Shown: piece by piece, positions 39,401 to 48,164 of the stretch
Numbering within the stretch: position 1 is the first letter of the stretch
How the letters are laid out: every line of letters starts with the position of its first letter
Program-made: the position numbers and the translations under genes
Source: Methanomassiliicoccales archaeon UBA147
GTDB lineage: Archaea > Thermoplasmatota > Thermoplasmata > SG8-5
Assembly: GCA_002496385.1 (NCBI GenBank)
Contig: DAJR01000049.1
Location: 198-64,197, forward strand
Length of the DNA stretch: 64,000 bases
Reading direction: 5' to 3'
Notes under the pieces: generated by a model
What the model was told of the DNA's origin: nothing
Databases searched by the model: none
Seen by the model: the letters and a program-made list of their open reading frames with translations, nothing else

Positions 39401-42295
39401 TCCGATCTGTGGGTATCCCTCGGTCACGAACCACACGACCATCGTGTGTGAGTTCATGTCAGCCAGGCTGGGTGTTCCGTAAACCTTGAAGTCCCAGTGC
39501 GTGTAAGTCCAGCCGTATGAGTTCAGGTTGTTAATCCAGTCCAATTCGTAAGGCGTACCGGAAAGCGGTGAGGTGGTCCCGTCATCATCATCTATAAGCA
39601 ACACAAGATTGCCTCCGGTCCCGGCATTGTCGGTGGAGAACATGTAGTGGTCACCGCCATTGTTGTCGCGTACCGAACGGCCCCTGCAGTCGGTTGATTC
39701 AACGTCATAATAGTAGACACTGGCCGGCGTCAAGTCCTTCAGGACTACCTTATGGTTGATAGCGAGCGCATCTATATGTGAGGATTTGCCCAGTGCGACC
39801 GTAGTTCCATAATAGATTATGGAATTCGCATTTTCGTTAGTGGTCCAGTGGATGACGGCTGCTGTCGGCAGGATGCCGTCTGCGTACACATTCGTGATGA
39901 CAGGACCCCTGAGGTCCACTTTGGCGTAGGCATGGGAATCATGGGCCGGGCTGGAATCCGCGTAGGTCGCGGTGATGACTTCGCCATTGAACACCTGGAG
40001 TATGCCGTCGCCGGTGTGGATTATTCCGATGCCGGTGGATATAGTTCCGCCCTTGTAAACGCCTGAGTTTGTAGCCGTGGCTGGAACCGATACTGTCTCG
40101 CTGTCGCCGCCGGTCGTTGTCAGGGTCACATTGATGCTCCCGGCCGGGTTGTTCGTGTCCTCGGCGCTCACGCTAATTGTGTCGGAATCATCGTAAACCG
40201 TTCTGTCCAGGAACACGTTGCCGTAACCGTCAGCCAGGGCGCCCGAGACTACCAATGCGAAATTCTGCGGTCCCAGGGCGATTGCCGCGCCAGTCACCCG
40301 TATGGTGTATATGCCTGCGACCGGGGCTGCAAAGTTGACGCATTCAACGTTGTTAGTGGTATCGTTGTTTCCTCCTGTGGCGGACCATCCACCGCTGAAC
40401 ACATTGCCCTTGTACTGGGTCCCGCCCGGAACTGTGACAAGGAGGTTCAGGTCGTTGACGAGCATCTTGGATGCAGCCGGGTCTCCTTCGTAGTCTGAGT
40501 ACACGAGTGAAACCTTCAGCCTTGTTCCGGCGTTCACGCTGTAACTGTATTCCACGTAATCATTCGTCAGAAGGCCGTTCGCGTTGTCCACCGCTGCCGT
40601 CTTGATGGTGTCGCCCGAGAAGTAAAGGCTGTTCTCCAGGTGCACCCTGCCCCAGCCCTCGTTCATGTTCGGTATCTGGCCAAGAGGGTTAGCTCCGTTT
40701 ATCAGGGTAGCCTTGATAAGGGCCGCGGACGGGTTGATTGTGTTGGCTGCGACTTCAGCGCCGGTGGGATACCAGCCTTCGGTGTAGTACTGCCGGACCA
40801 GGGCGACACAGCCGGCGACGGCCGAGCAGCCCCCTGAGGTCCCACTGCCATCAATGTAAGTAGATGTTGAACCCCCAAATACCGAAGTGGTACCCTCTCC
40901 TGGTGCCATGACATCTGGTTTGTATCTGCCATCGGCTGTCGGTCCCCTGCTGCTCCAAGTTGAAACCGCACTGCCTGTTTCTGTTACCGAGCCGACAGTA
41001 ATGATGTTCTTTGCTTCTGCTTGGGTGTGTATCGTCGATGCAGACGGCCCATCGCCCCCCGTAGGAAACACGATGTTGTAATCCTGGCTGTCCCAAACAT
41101 ACCTGTCGATGACTGCGGTCGTTTCACTATAGGCATAGCCACCGCCCCAACTGCTGCTATGTATCTTGGCGCCGTATATCGACTCGGCACCACCGAAATA
41201 ATCGTTGTACAAGTCGCTGGGCGTCCATATGTAACTGCCCTCGTCGACGCTCGGTGTGCCGGGGTCATCGGGGCAACAAAGGTCCTCCATGACCAGTTGG
41301 GCCATGAATGCATGACCGTCGTAAGTTGTTGGCGTGTAAGCCCCGTACGGCGGTCCGTCTCCGAGCGCTGTTCCCGCAACGAAGCTGCCATGATAGCCGA
41401 CGCTCGCTTCATCGCCAATCTCTCCGATGGAGTCGCCCGGAACGTAGTTGGCGAGTATTTTTGGTTCGTTACCGGCCGGCCCGTATACATACCCCTGGAA
41501 ATTCTGATGGTAAACCCTGACACCGCTGTCGCCGATTGCTATTATCTGGTTTTCACCGTTTATGCCGTGGGTGAATATAGGCCAGCCGCCAGTAGTCGAA
41601 CCGGACTGCACGAACTGGGTCGTGCTGTCGTTCATGGGTTCGTTCAACTCAATTTGAGAAATGAACCTGACCTCTGGCATGGATGCCAGTATGTCAAGGT
41701 ACGATGAATCTATCCTCAGGCTGACCAGGTTGGTCTTATCGTTGTGCGCGACGCCCAGTACCTCTCCGCCGACCATCTTCAGAAGCTTGACCACGTACGT
41801 ATTCGTGGTGTCGGGGAAAAGCGTGACGGAAATATCAACCATCCCGCTGTCCCGGCTCAGTGTTGGGTCCAATTTGTATACTGGGTGGTAGTCGCCGAGC
41901 CATCTGACGCTGCCGAGGCCCCTGATTTTATCCACCTGGTCATCCTGCAGACGCACAAGATAGGCATTGTCCGGGATGTATGAGATAATCTCCACACCGT
42001 TGTTGGCCAGTTCGTTCTTCCAGTCCTCGGTTATCGGGCTGTTTGTCTGAACGATGTAAGGCATCTTTGTGTTTGGAATTACCGGAGGGCGGCTCATCAG
42101 CGCGTCGGGGATTGCCGGAAGGCTGACAAGCGGGTCGAATTGAGCGTATTTGAGATGAACAAATTTATTGATTGGAAAATTCTGAACATCCTCAACAGGG
42201 GTATTTTCGCCCACACTTTTCACAGAAAAACCGCTTGTTATTTGCATCAACGCAATTAAACAGCACACAACCATCAATGTCATCAATTTTTTCAT
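36497..42295 (-). CDS. Giant secreted subtilisin-like (S8) serine protease, 1932 aa, with multiple beta-sandwich domains
   Basis: Signal peptide MKKLMTLMVVCCLIALMQI and an I9-like propeptide. The D-H-S triad is in S8 order: IAIGDSG (about D256), YHGSFVAG (about H302) and GSGTSGGCSAVAG (about S487). About 1400 aa of Ig/FN3-like repeats follow, ending in a GWNMVGYP...GQGYWV domain. Confidence 0.85.
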   Translation of the reverse strand: MKKLMTLMVVCCLIALMQITSGFSVKSVGENTPVEDVQNFPINKFVHLKYAQFDPLVSLPAIPDALMSRPPVIPNTKMPYIVQTNSPITEDWKNELANNGVEIISYIPDNAYLVRLQDDQVDKIRGLGSVRWLGDYHPVYKLDPTLSRDSGMVDISVTLFPDTTNTYVVKLLKMVGGEVLGVAHNDKTNLVSLRIDSSYLDILASMPEVRFISQIELNEPMNDSTTQFVQSGSTTGGWPIFTHGINGENQIIAIGDSGVRVYHQNFQGYVYGPAGNEPKILANYVPGDSIGEIGDEASVGYHGSFVAGTALGDGPPYGAYTPTTYDGHAFMAQLVMEDLCCPDDPGTPSVDEGSYIWTPSDLYNDYFGGAESIYGAKIHSSSWGGGYAYSETTAVIDRYVWDSQDYNIVFPTGGDGPSASTIHTQAEAKNIITVGSVTETGSAVSTWSSRGPTADGRYKPDVMAPGEGTTSVFGGSTSTYIDGSGTSGGCSAVAGCVALVRQYYTEGWYPTGAEVAANTINPSAALIKATLINGANPLGQIPNMNEGWGRVHLENSLYFSGDTIKTAAVDNANGLLTNDYVEYSYSVNAGTRLKVSLVYSDYEGDPAASKMLVNDLNLLVTVPGGTQYKGNVFSGGWSATGGNNDTTNNVECVNFAAPVAGIYTIRVTGAAIALGPQNFALVVSGALADGYGNVFLDRTVYDDSDTISVSAEDTNNPAGSINVTLTTTGGDSETVSVPATATNSGVYKGGTISTGIGIIHTGDGILQVFNGEVITATYADSSPAHDSHAYAKVDLRGPVITNVYADGILPTAAVIHWTTNENANSIIYYGTTVALGKSSHIDALAINHKVVLKDLTPASVYYYDVESTDCRGRSVRDNNGGDHYMFSTDNAGTGGNLVLLIDDDDGTTSPLSGTPYELDWINNLNSYGWTYTHWDFKVYGTPSLADMNSHTMVVWFVTEGYPQIGASDRAVLGEYLDQTMTPMGTRPMLFLSGQDIGWDMCDAIGTDRDVTWFQYYTKTQYKRDDADGGGGTEVGSFQVMDCGHTINDIYVFNNIDLEVEAYDYPVANNRFWPDDLTLLTGGTRDWDYNAHAGGGNCAGATQSSGGTGGQARIVYDGFSHDMIASTNNGHNDYRPDLGHIDTERAGILDETIQWLLGGNHPTIDLTYPTGGESESSNISITWQVTGANSIDVYYSANGGQAWAPLATGLAGTAIGYAWNTANLLTGNQYKVKAVASSVATYATLTDYSESGTFTIIGIDNMGPKCIAGSVSADKEPTMKGDTMWFNATVTDDGRGLSNINAAECFIDITGPNGAGIAMTAVDGSFNSITEAVRATYTGSGGLPTGRHTLFVHARDAASPTNNWGPFTSTTFDIIATTPMASAEGPIGGPTNEVNITITYSYANNPVSINLYYTMDSGVNWVFAGNDASVDGSYAYTIVSGTGTYGWIASAVGIGSDEPIPPMPGFAPEAGYYILDLIPPAAPSALSVDQYGEGTNTDSETLTTTGTTAAGGPHNVWFCIVDSNTGGEFTTPNSATELTDLQYTNAGLSNDVRATSATPGFGDYIFLKNQFATNITPSLVTQIDLTFEGYWNAGLTATIYAYNAAGATWDVIGGTQAYLATTDATMTRSITENCDDYISGGNILWGVAAGTTRQPISVDFLHVVVESVAPYTWTNDNTLYWTHDEVDLAEYNIYRSDSEFGTYSLIAIVPAGTFSYQDDGMGTADATFWWYIVRAEDALGNEEQNTNSVQEPLPPPPYEIDLTGKSPNSWVFVSFPIEVSGNIQAILNDTTLGDGGTTWTMAKWYNPQTPADPWKSYRVGGVANDMPTMTNSMGIWLWITANGGNQMLTTGVSGVMPATAVNINLYSGWNMVGYPSMTEQTVATALWGTGADRVEVFDPASPYIQEVGPTYIMRPGQGYWVHVPSDTVWTINS

Positions 42296-42415
42296 GAAGT
42301 CCCCGCACTTGCTCTTATGTACCGATAGTATGGTTTTACTGAATAATAAGGTTTACGGCTATACAGAAAGCCCGTATGAGGGTATGTTGTTCGATGCGGC
42401 ATCTGGCCAAGCCGC

Positions 42416-43201
42416 TCAAGAGGAAATGACCTCTGAGATCTGCTCCAGGATTCTCGAATGCAGCATCATATTCCTTGATTCGCTGTCGAAATAATCCTCT
42501 CCTGGCCCGCATTTGCCGAACTCGAAATCGTATTCCACGTCCATGAGCACCAGGAACTCCGGGGCCATCGGCCTGAGGCCCCTCGGATGCCATGCGTTCC
42601 CTGTGAGCATCTCGTTCACCAGTTCAGGCTCAAGCCTGCCGTGAGCGACATCCAGGACGGCCGCGAGCATCCGCCTCACCAGCTCCCACAGAAATCTCTG
42701 GGCCTTGATATCCGCAAGAATGAGGTTTTCTTTTTTCGTGAAATCTATGGCATCTATCCTTAACAAAGTGTTCTCATCGCCCGTGTCTTTCTTTGAAAAT
42801 TGCCTGAAATCGTGCTCTCCCACGAACAGTTTGGCCGCCTTCTTCAGTTCATTGATCGGCGGCGCACCATCGGCCGGCAGGACATATCTGTACCACCTCT
42901 GCCTTGCATGGCGGGGGTTGAAGTCCGGCGGCACTTCCGCCAGGGCATGGAAGCGGATACCGTCGAGCTCGGAATTGAGAATGGGAACCACACCCTTGGC
43001 AGGGAAGTCCGTGTCGATGGCGATCACATTGCCCGCGGCGCTGACGCCGCGGTCGGTCCTGCTGGCGCTCTGCAATGTGTCTGCGATGCCCTTTGTCAGC
43101 AGTGCCCGGAGAATCTCTCCTTCCACGGTTGTCCTGTCGGGCTGCCTGGCATAGCCCTCGAACTTTGTCCCGTCATAGGCGAACTTCAGCGCGTACCTCA
43201 T
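42416..43201 (-). CDS. truA: tRNA pseudouridine(38-40) synthase TruA
   Basis: MRYALKFAYDGTKFEGYARQP and the catalytic RTDRGVSA. Confidence 0.9.
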   Translation of the reverse strand: MRYALKFAYDGTKFEGYARQPDRTTVEGEILRALLTKGIADTLQSASRTDRGVSAAGNVIAIDTDFPAKGVVPILNSELDGIRFHALAEVPPDFNPRHARQRWYRYVLPADGAPPINELKKAAKLFVGEHDFRQFSKKDTGDENTLLRIDAIDFTKKENLILADIKAQRFLWELVRRMLAAVLDVAHGRLEPELVNEMLTGNAWHPRGLRPMAPEFLVLMDVEYDFEFGKCGPGEDYFDSESRNMMLHSRILEQISEVISS

Positions 43202-43250
43202 TGGCCCCTTGAACACGTTCTATTTATAAATCTCCCACTATCGGGAGGCG

Positions 43251-43967
43251 ATGCCCGATATAAGAGTCATTCTGGTCGAGCCCAAGTTCCCTGGGAACAT
43301 CGGCTCGGTTTGCAGGGCGATGAGCAATTTCGGCCTTGACGAGCTGGTGCTGGTCAATCCCTGCGACCTTGGAGACGACGCCTTCAGGTACGCCAAGCAC
43401 GGCAGGTTCGTGCTGGACAAGGCCAGGACCGTCAAGAGGCTGGAAACCGCCCAGAAGGGCCTGGACATGGTCGTGGGAACCACCGGCCGCCCGACAGGAA
43501 GCGACAAGAAATTCCTCAGGGAGCCGATTACTCCCAGGCAGTTCGCGGAAAAGTATTCGGGGACAGCAGGTAAAGTCGGGATCTTGTTCGGCAGGGAGGA
43601 TTACGGGCTGTACAACGACGAGCTGAGGAACTGCGACGTGCTTGTCACCATCCCCACACATGAGATAAACCCGATAATGAACCTCTCACACGCCTGCACC
43701 GTCGTATTCTACGAGATGTTCGCCCAAGGCAAGAAATCCCGGGGGAAGAAGCTTGCAGGTTCCACCGAAAAAGAGGTGCTCAACAGAGTGTTCTCCGAGC
43801 TCCTGGACGAGATAACCTACGCTCCCCACAAGAAAGCGAAGACCAGGATAATGTTCCGCAAGATAGTGGCGAGGTCCGGGCTCTCGACCTGGGAGTTTCA
43901 CACACTTGCCGGCGTGTTCACGAGGGCAACGAAATCTGTCCGACGGCTCAAAGATAACATGAAGTGA
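43251..43967 (+). CDS. SPOUT-class RNA 2'-O-methyltransferase, TrmJ-like
   Basis: IRVILVEPKFPGNIGSVCRAMSNFGL, ILFGREDYGL and NLSHA motifs. Confidence 0.8.
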   Translation: MPDIRVILVEPKFPGNIGSVCRAMSNFGLDELVLVNPCDLGDDAFRYAKHGRFVLDKARTVKRLETAQKGLDMVVGTTGRPTGSDKKFLREPITPRQFAEKYSGTAGKVGILFGREDYGLYNDELRNCDVLVTIPTHEINPIMNLSHACTVVFYEMFAQGKKSRGKKLAGSTEKEVLNRVFSELLDEITYAPHKKAKTRIMFRKIVARSGLSTWEFHTLAGVFTRATKSVRRLKDNMK

Positions 43968-44021
43968 TTATTCTTAAAATACCTGTCTGGCGGTTGACAT
44001 GTCCGTTCCGCAGAACGGAAG

Positions 44022-44594
44022 TCAGATAAGTTTCCCGCCGTTCTTCATGACCAGCGGGTTGAAAGTCGCGAAATCGGCCTGATGGATGAACACTGTCTCG
44101 ATGACCTGGGGCGCGCCCTCTCCTTCCTTGGCATGGCAGGCGATTATGTTGGCCACCTCATCAGGCAGCCCGGCCATCTTGGCCATGACAGTTCCCGAAA
44201 CGGGATGTCTGAGACATGCCCCAGTTTTCGATTTTTTGTACCCGCCCTTGCCGTCCGGCGTGGTCTCCAGCAGCTTTCCGACGTCGTGTAGCAAGCCGCC
44301 CACAATCAGCCGGTCCATGTCAATTTTGTAGGGCATCTTCTTGTAGCTGTCCATCTGGGCGGTTGCCAGCCCCATCGCTCCCTTGGTCACGGCCTTGGTG
44401 TGCTCGACGAAGCTCACTCCGTGGCAATCTGTCAGCAGGGTGAAAGGCATCTTCTCCAGCTCCTTGACGGTCTTCCAACCCCCGTCCTTGCAGCCCTTGA
44501 CCCAGACCTGGACGGTCATCCGACGCATCTTCCTGTCCTTTATCTGTTTCAGGAACTCCCCGAAAATCTTCTCGATGTCTTTGTCGGTTATCAT
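44022..44594 (-). CDS. HD-domain metal-dependent phosphohydrolase
   Basis: GGLLHDVGK HD motif with a downstream H...H..D pattern. Confidence 0.75.
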   Translation of the reverse strand: MITDKDIEKIFGEFLKQIKDRKMRRMTVQVWVKGCKDGGWKTVKELEKMPFTLLTDCHGVSFVEHTKAVTKGAMGLATAQMDSYKKMPYKIDMDRLIVGGLLHDVGKLLETTPDGKGGYKKSKTGACLRHPVSGTVMAKMAGLPDEVANIIACHAKEGEGAPQVIETVFIHQADFATFNPLVMKNGGKLI

Positions 44595-44598
44595 AGGA

Positions 44599-45633
44599 TC
44601 ACAGCTTCACAATGCCCATGGCCTTGTCCGTCTTCTGCTGGCTCTTTTTACCGTCCTTCTCCAGCCCGCAGAGCGCCCTGATGCAGTCCACGTTCTCCGG
44701 GACCACGTCGGACTCCTGGTGTATGGCCTGCGAGTAATACAGCATGTCGCCGACCACATTGACGCCGTCCTTCCAGACCGCGATCTCGTACAGGTCGGCA
44801 CGGTCCCGGCTCAGGTCCTTGGCAATCTCCATCACCTGGGCGGTGGATTTCACCCCGTCCTTGGTGCTGACGAATATCACGCGCGGCGCGGCCTCCCAGA
44901 CCTTGAGAACCTCTGCGGTTGTTGCAGGCTTCTTCAGCTTCACGGCCAACTGGTGCAGGTGCATTATGGTCGTCGGAACTTTCACAGCCATTGACTGGAT
45001 GTTCAGGCCGAGCATGCAGCTCTGCGCGTCTGGCCCGTGGTGGCTGGGGACTTTCACTTCCGGCTCGATGGCGTTTATGGGGCCTGTCTTGGAATCATAT
45101 GGGTCGGCCGCCCGTCTCACCATCACGGCCATGACATTCTCGATGCCGAACGCCTCCTGCAGCGGGAACAGGGTCCTGCACAGGCCGGTGGTGTTGCATG
45201 AGACCACTCTGGCGTAATCCTTGCCCAGCGATTCGGAATAGTTGGCCGTGGAATTGAATGAAAGACCGGTCAGCTTGTGCTTCTCCCCGCCCTGGAACAG
45301 CGCCTTCTTGCCCAGTTCCCTGTAGACCTTGAGGTAGTCCTCGCCTGTGGTCCCGCCCTCCTTCTTCTTGCCCGGCGTGCAGTCCACGATGATGTCCGCG
45401 GCCCTGAAAAGCTCGTCCGCAGTGCCGGCCACATCTATGCCAGCATCCTTGAAAGCCTGGGCGCCGTCCTTGGCCACGTAGAGCTTGTAACCTTTCCTCA
45501 CAGCAAGTTTTGCCTCGGAGGTGGGCCTGGTCTTGACCACGCCGATTATCTTCATGTCATCCTGCTTGGAGACAGCATCCGCCACTCGCTTTCCTATGGT
45601 TCCGTATCCGTTTATCGCAACTTTCACAGACAT
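44599..45633 (-). CDS. gap: Type II (archaeal) glyceraldehyde-3-phosphate dehydrogenase
   Basis: MSVKVAINGYGTIGKRVADAV, the VVSCNTTGL catalytic Cys, and a length of about 344 aa. Confidence 0.95.
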   Translation of the reverse strand: MSVKVAINGYGTIGKRVADAVSKQDDMKIIGVVKTRPTSEAKLAVRKGYKLYVAKDGAQAFKDAGIDVAGTADELFRAADIIVDCTPGKKKEGGTTGEDYLKVYRELGKKALFQGGEKHKLTGLSFNSTANYSESLGKDYARVVSCNTTGLCRTLFPLQEAFGIENVMAVMVRRAADPYDSKTGPINAIEPEVKVPSHHGPDAQSCMLGLNIQSMAVKVPTTIMHLHQLAVKLKKPATTAEVLKVWEAAPRVIFVSTKDGVKSTAQVMEIAKDLSRDRADLYEIAVWKDGVNVVGDMLYYSQAIHQESDVVPENVDCIRALCGLEKDGKKSQQKTDKAMGIVKL

Positions 45634-45756
45634 TCGCTCACCGCATCGGGTATGCGTTTCAAAGATTTAATCATGTATCATCGAACTTTGATGATTGCCG
45701 TTTTTTTGACATGAAATCCGGTCTCCGGCGAACATTATTATACGAAAATCCCCCTA

Positions 45757-46251
45757 TTGCCGGTTGAAAGCATGCCCGACATCACATACCGGCCGATCGG
45801 GACCATCCATTCCCCTTTCAAGGAAGCGGAAGGGACCCCCATCCAGTCCAGCGCCTCGCAAGTCCAAGGCACCATCGAGGTCTTCCCGGAATTCGTCGGG
45901 GGCCTCAAGGACCTGGGCGGTTTCTCCCACATAATTCTGCTGTACCATTTCCACAGGTCGCGAAAGCCGGAAATGGTTGCCAGGCCGTTCATGGATGTGG
46001 AATCCAGGGGGATATTTTCCATCAGGGCGCCCAGCCGGCCGAATTCCATCGGATTTTCGATTGTACGTTTGCTAAAGATTGAGGAGAACATCCTTTATGT
46101 TGAGGGCCTGGATATCCTTGACGGGACTCCACTGCTGGACATCAAGCCCTATGTTCCGAAGTTCGATTCCGTGAAAGCCGAAAGGATTGGGTGGCTGGAG
46201 GACAATGTCAGCAAGTTAGACGCCGCCAGGGATGACGGGCGATTCGGCTGA
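45757..46251 (+). CDS. trmO: tRNA (m6t6A37) methyltransferase TrmO (TsaA/YaeB family)
   Basis: YRPIGTIHSPFKE, RPNSIG and LDGTPLLDIKPY motifs. Confidence 0.85.
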   Translation: MPVESMPDITYRPIGTIHSPFKEAEGTPIQSSASQVQGTIEVFPEFVGGLKDLGGFSHIILLYHFHRSRKPEMVARPFMDVESRGIFSIRAPSRPNSIGFSIVRLLKIEENILYVEGLDILDGTPLLDIKPYVPKFDSVKAERIGWLEDNVSKLDAARDDGRFG

Positions 46252-46816
46252 CCCGCGGGAATCTTATTATCCCGCCCGGCAATATCGACGCGTGACCCAA
46301 GAACAGGTAACAATTCCACTCTACTTCTACGACGGAAAGCAGTGCGACCCCAAGAAATGCTCGGGCCGCAAGCTTGCAAGATTTAACCTGGCCAGACAGG
46401 TGCACAAGCTCAATGCCCTGCCGCCCGCCTCCCTGGTGCTGATGCCCACCACGCGAAAAGTCATCTCCAAGGACGACCTCGACATAGCCAGGAAGTCCGG
46501 CGTGGCCGTACTTGACCTTTCCTGGAAGGCGACGGGAGATGTATTTCCTGCGGGAATAAAGGAGTCCAGGCAGAGAGCGCTGCCATTTTTATTGGCTGCC
46601 AACCCTGTCAACTACGGGAAACCGTTCATACTGTCCAGCGTCGAGGCATTTTCAGCCGCACTCATCATTCTCGGATATCGAACTCAGGCCGAGGAATTGT
46701 TATCCAAATTCACCTGGGGGAATACATTTCTCACTCTCAACCGGGAGCCGCTGGAAGAATATGAGAAGGCACTGGATTCCGCAGGAATAATCGAGGCGCA
46801 GGGATTGTTCGTATGA
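46232..46816 (+). CDS. tsr3: 16S rRNA aminocarboxypropyltransferase Tsr3 (DUF367)
   Basis: YDGKQCDPKKCSGRKLARF and LSSVEAFSAALIILG motifs. Overlaps the trmO 3' end by 20 nt. Confidence 0.8.
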   Translation: MTGDSADPRESYYPARQYRRVTQEQVTIPLYFYDGKQCDPKKCSGRKLARFNLARQVHKLNALPPASLVLMPTTRKVISKDDLDIARKSGVAVLDLSWKATGDVFPAGIKESRQRALPFLLAANPVNYGKPFILSSVEAFSAALIILGYRTQAEELLSKFTWGNTFLTLNREPLEEYEKALDSAGIIEAQGLFV

Positions 46817-46831
46817 TGGTGCCAGGCATCT

Positions 46832-47044
46832 CTATTTGTGCGTTCCCATAGATTTCTGCAATTCCGGGGGCAGCAGGTTCGGAATTCCGTCCTGGATTGG
46901 ATAGTCGAACTTGCACTTCTTGCAGGTTAAAAATCCTGCCAGTATCTCGACCTTGTCCTCTTTATCAACTTTCAGGTCAAGGTCGCCCTTGCAAACGGGG
47001 CAGCATATGATGTCCATCATCTGGCGTTTCATATATACCGGCAT
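46832..47044 (-). CDS. trm112: Trm112 family methyltransferase-activator zinc-ribbon protein
   Basis: IICCPVCKGDLDL...LTCKKCKFDYPIQDGIPNLL. Confidence 0.75.
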   Translation of the reverse strand: MPVYMKRQMMDIICCPVCKGDLDLKVDKEDKVEILAGFLTCKKCKFDYPIQDGIPNLLPPELQKSMGTHK

Positions 47045-47180
47045 GCCATTGTCATTCTCATTATTATGTTTTTGCCACAGGTAATATGTCAGGATTCTGA
47101 GGTTGCCCCCATCTGGAATTTTAAATTTTCGATTTTAGATTGTTATTCACAGCGTGCTGTTTTTCATATCTTGTTGTAAC

Positions 47181-47297
47181 GGGGGCTAGGGGCTTTGCTT
47201 ACAAAATGGTATAAAGGGGCTAGGCGTTGCTGGCTGTCGTCAACAGCCAGCACAAAACAAATGTTAACAACCCTAGACCCTAGTCCCTAGACCCAGA
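47181..47297. repeat. CTAG-rich quasi-palindromic intergenic element, copy B (short form, inverted relative to copy A)
   Basis: The reverse complement aligns by eye with 33425-33540 plus the terminal CCCTAGCCCCC. It has the same GTCTAGGG/ACTAGGG units, the same GCTGGCTGT...ACAGCCAGC hairpin and a single TTTTGTAAGCAAAG unit. Confidence 0.8.
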
Positions 47298-47391
47298 CAA
47301 TCAAATCATTATTATCCTTCATTTCGCCGAACCCTTTTCATCACAGAAAATCTCATAACCCCCTCCATGTATTCCCTCACGGGGCGATAAT

Positions 47392-48123
47392 ATGTCCATC
47401 GATGAACTTAAGACACTGGATGTAACATTGAGCATGAAAGGCACGACCGAGGCAATAATGGGCGCCATTGGCCAGTTGAACGGCGGCCCGGGGGACGGCG
47501 CGATACTGGACGTCATCCGGCAGAAACTTCTCGAGGTCGACGACGCATTCGAGCGCCCGCTCGACTCCCCCGAGGTATTCCAGAAGCTCAAGGGTATCGC
47601 CCAGAAAGCAGGGAAATCCGACCTCGAAGCCTACTGTCAGGAACAGGTCGACATGATTGCGGCCAACGATCTGCATTTCAAGGGATACACCCAGATGTTC
47701 TACGGGGACTGCGTCAAGGCGACGGAGCTGCTCGGGAAGGCGGCGAAACTCGCCCCGAAGCACCCTCTCGCGGCCAAGGACCTGAAAACAGCCCGGAACA
47801 GGCTGGACAAGGCCGGTGCCGAACTGGCAAAAGCCGAGCAGCAGATTCAGAAGAACCCGGACAAATCCGAGGCATGGCTGAAGAAAGCCAGCGCGCTCGT
47901 GACCATGGGTAAGACGAGCGAGGCCATGCAGTATTTTGACAAGGCTATCGCTATGGATTCCAACAATGCCGATGCCCTGGGCAAGAAAGGCGCCGCCCTC
48001 GAAGGCCTAGGGAAATTCAAGGAGGCAGTGCCGCTGTTCCAGAAGGCCCTGAGCATCAAGCCGACAAGCCAGATTGCCAAGAAGGGCCTCAACCTTGCCG
48101 ATTATTTCTCCGGGGACGCGTAG
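47392..48123 (+). CDS. TPR repeat protein
   Basis: Repeated A..L.KA...P....A pattern, for example EAWLKKASALVTMGKTSEAMQYFDKAIAMDSNNADALGKKGAALEGLGKFKEA. Confidence 0.7.
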   Translation: MSIDELKTLDVTLSMKGTTEAIMGAIGQLNGGPGDGAILDVIRQKLLEVDDAFERPLDSPEVFQKLKGIAQKAGKSDLEAYCQEQVDMIAANDLHFKGYTQMFYGDCVKATELLGKAAKLAPKHPLAAKDLKTARNRLDKAGAELAKAEQQIQKNPDKSEAWLKKASALVTMGKTSEAMQYFDKAIAMDSNNADALGKKGAALEGLGKFKEAVPLFQKALSIKPTSQIAKKGLNLADYFSGDA

Positions 48124-48164
48124 GCGCGGCCTAAGCACCCCTGGGTGGGTGCTGGGGGGATGGG

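Noticed and set aside
45634-45756. Weak inverted repeat TCAAAG...CTTTGA in the gap-trmO divergent region, considered as a regulatory hairpin.
   Set aside because: Only 6 bp pair, in an AT-rich context, which is within chance expectation.
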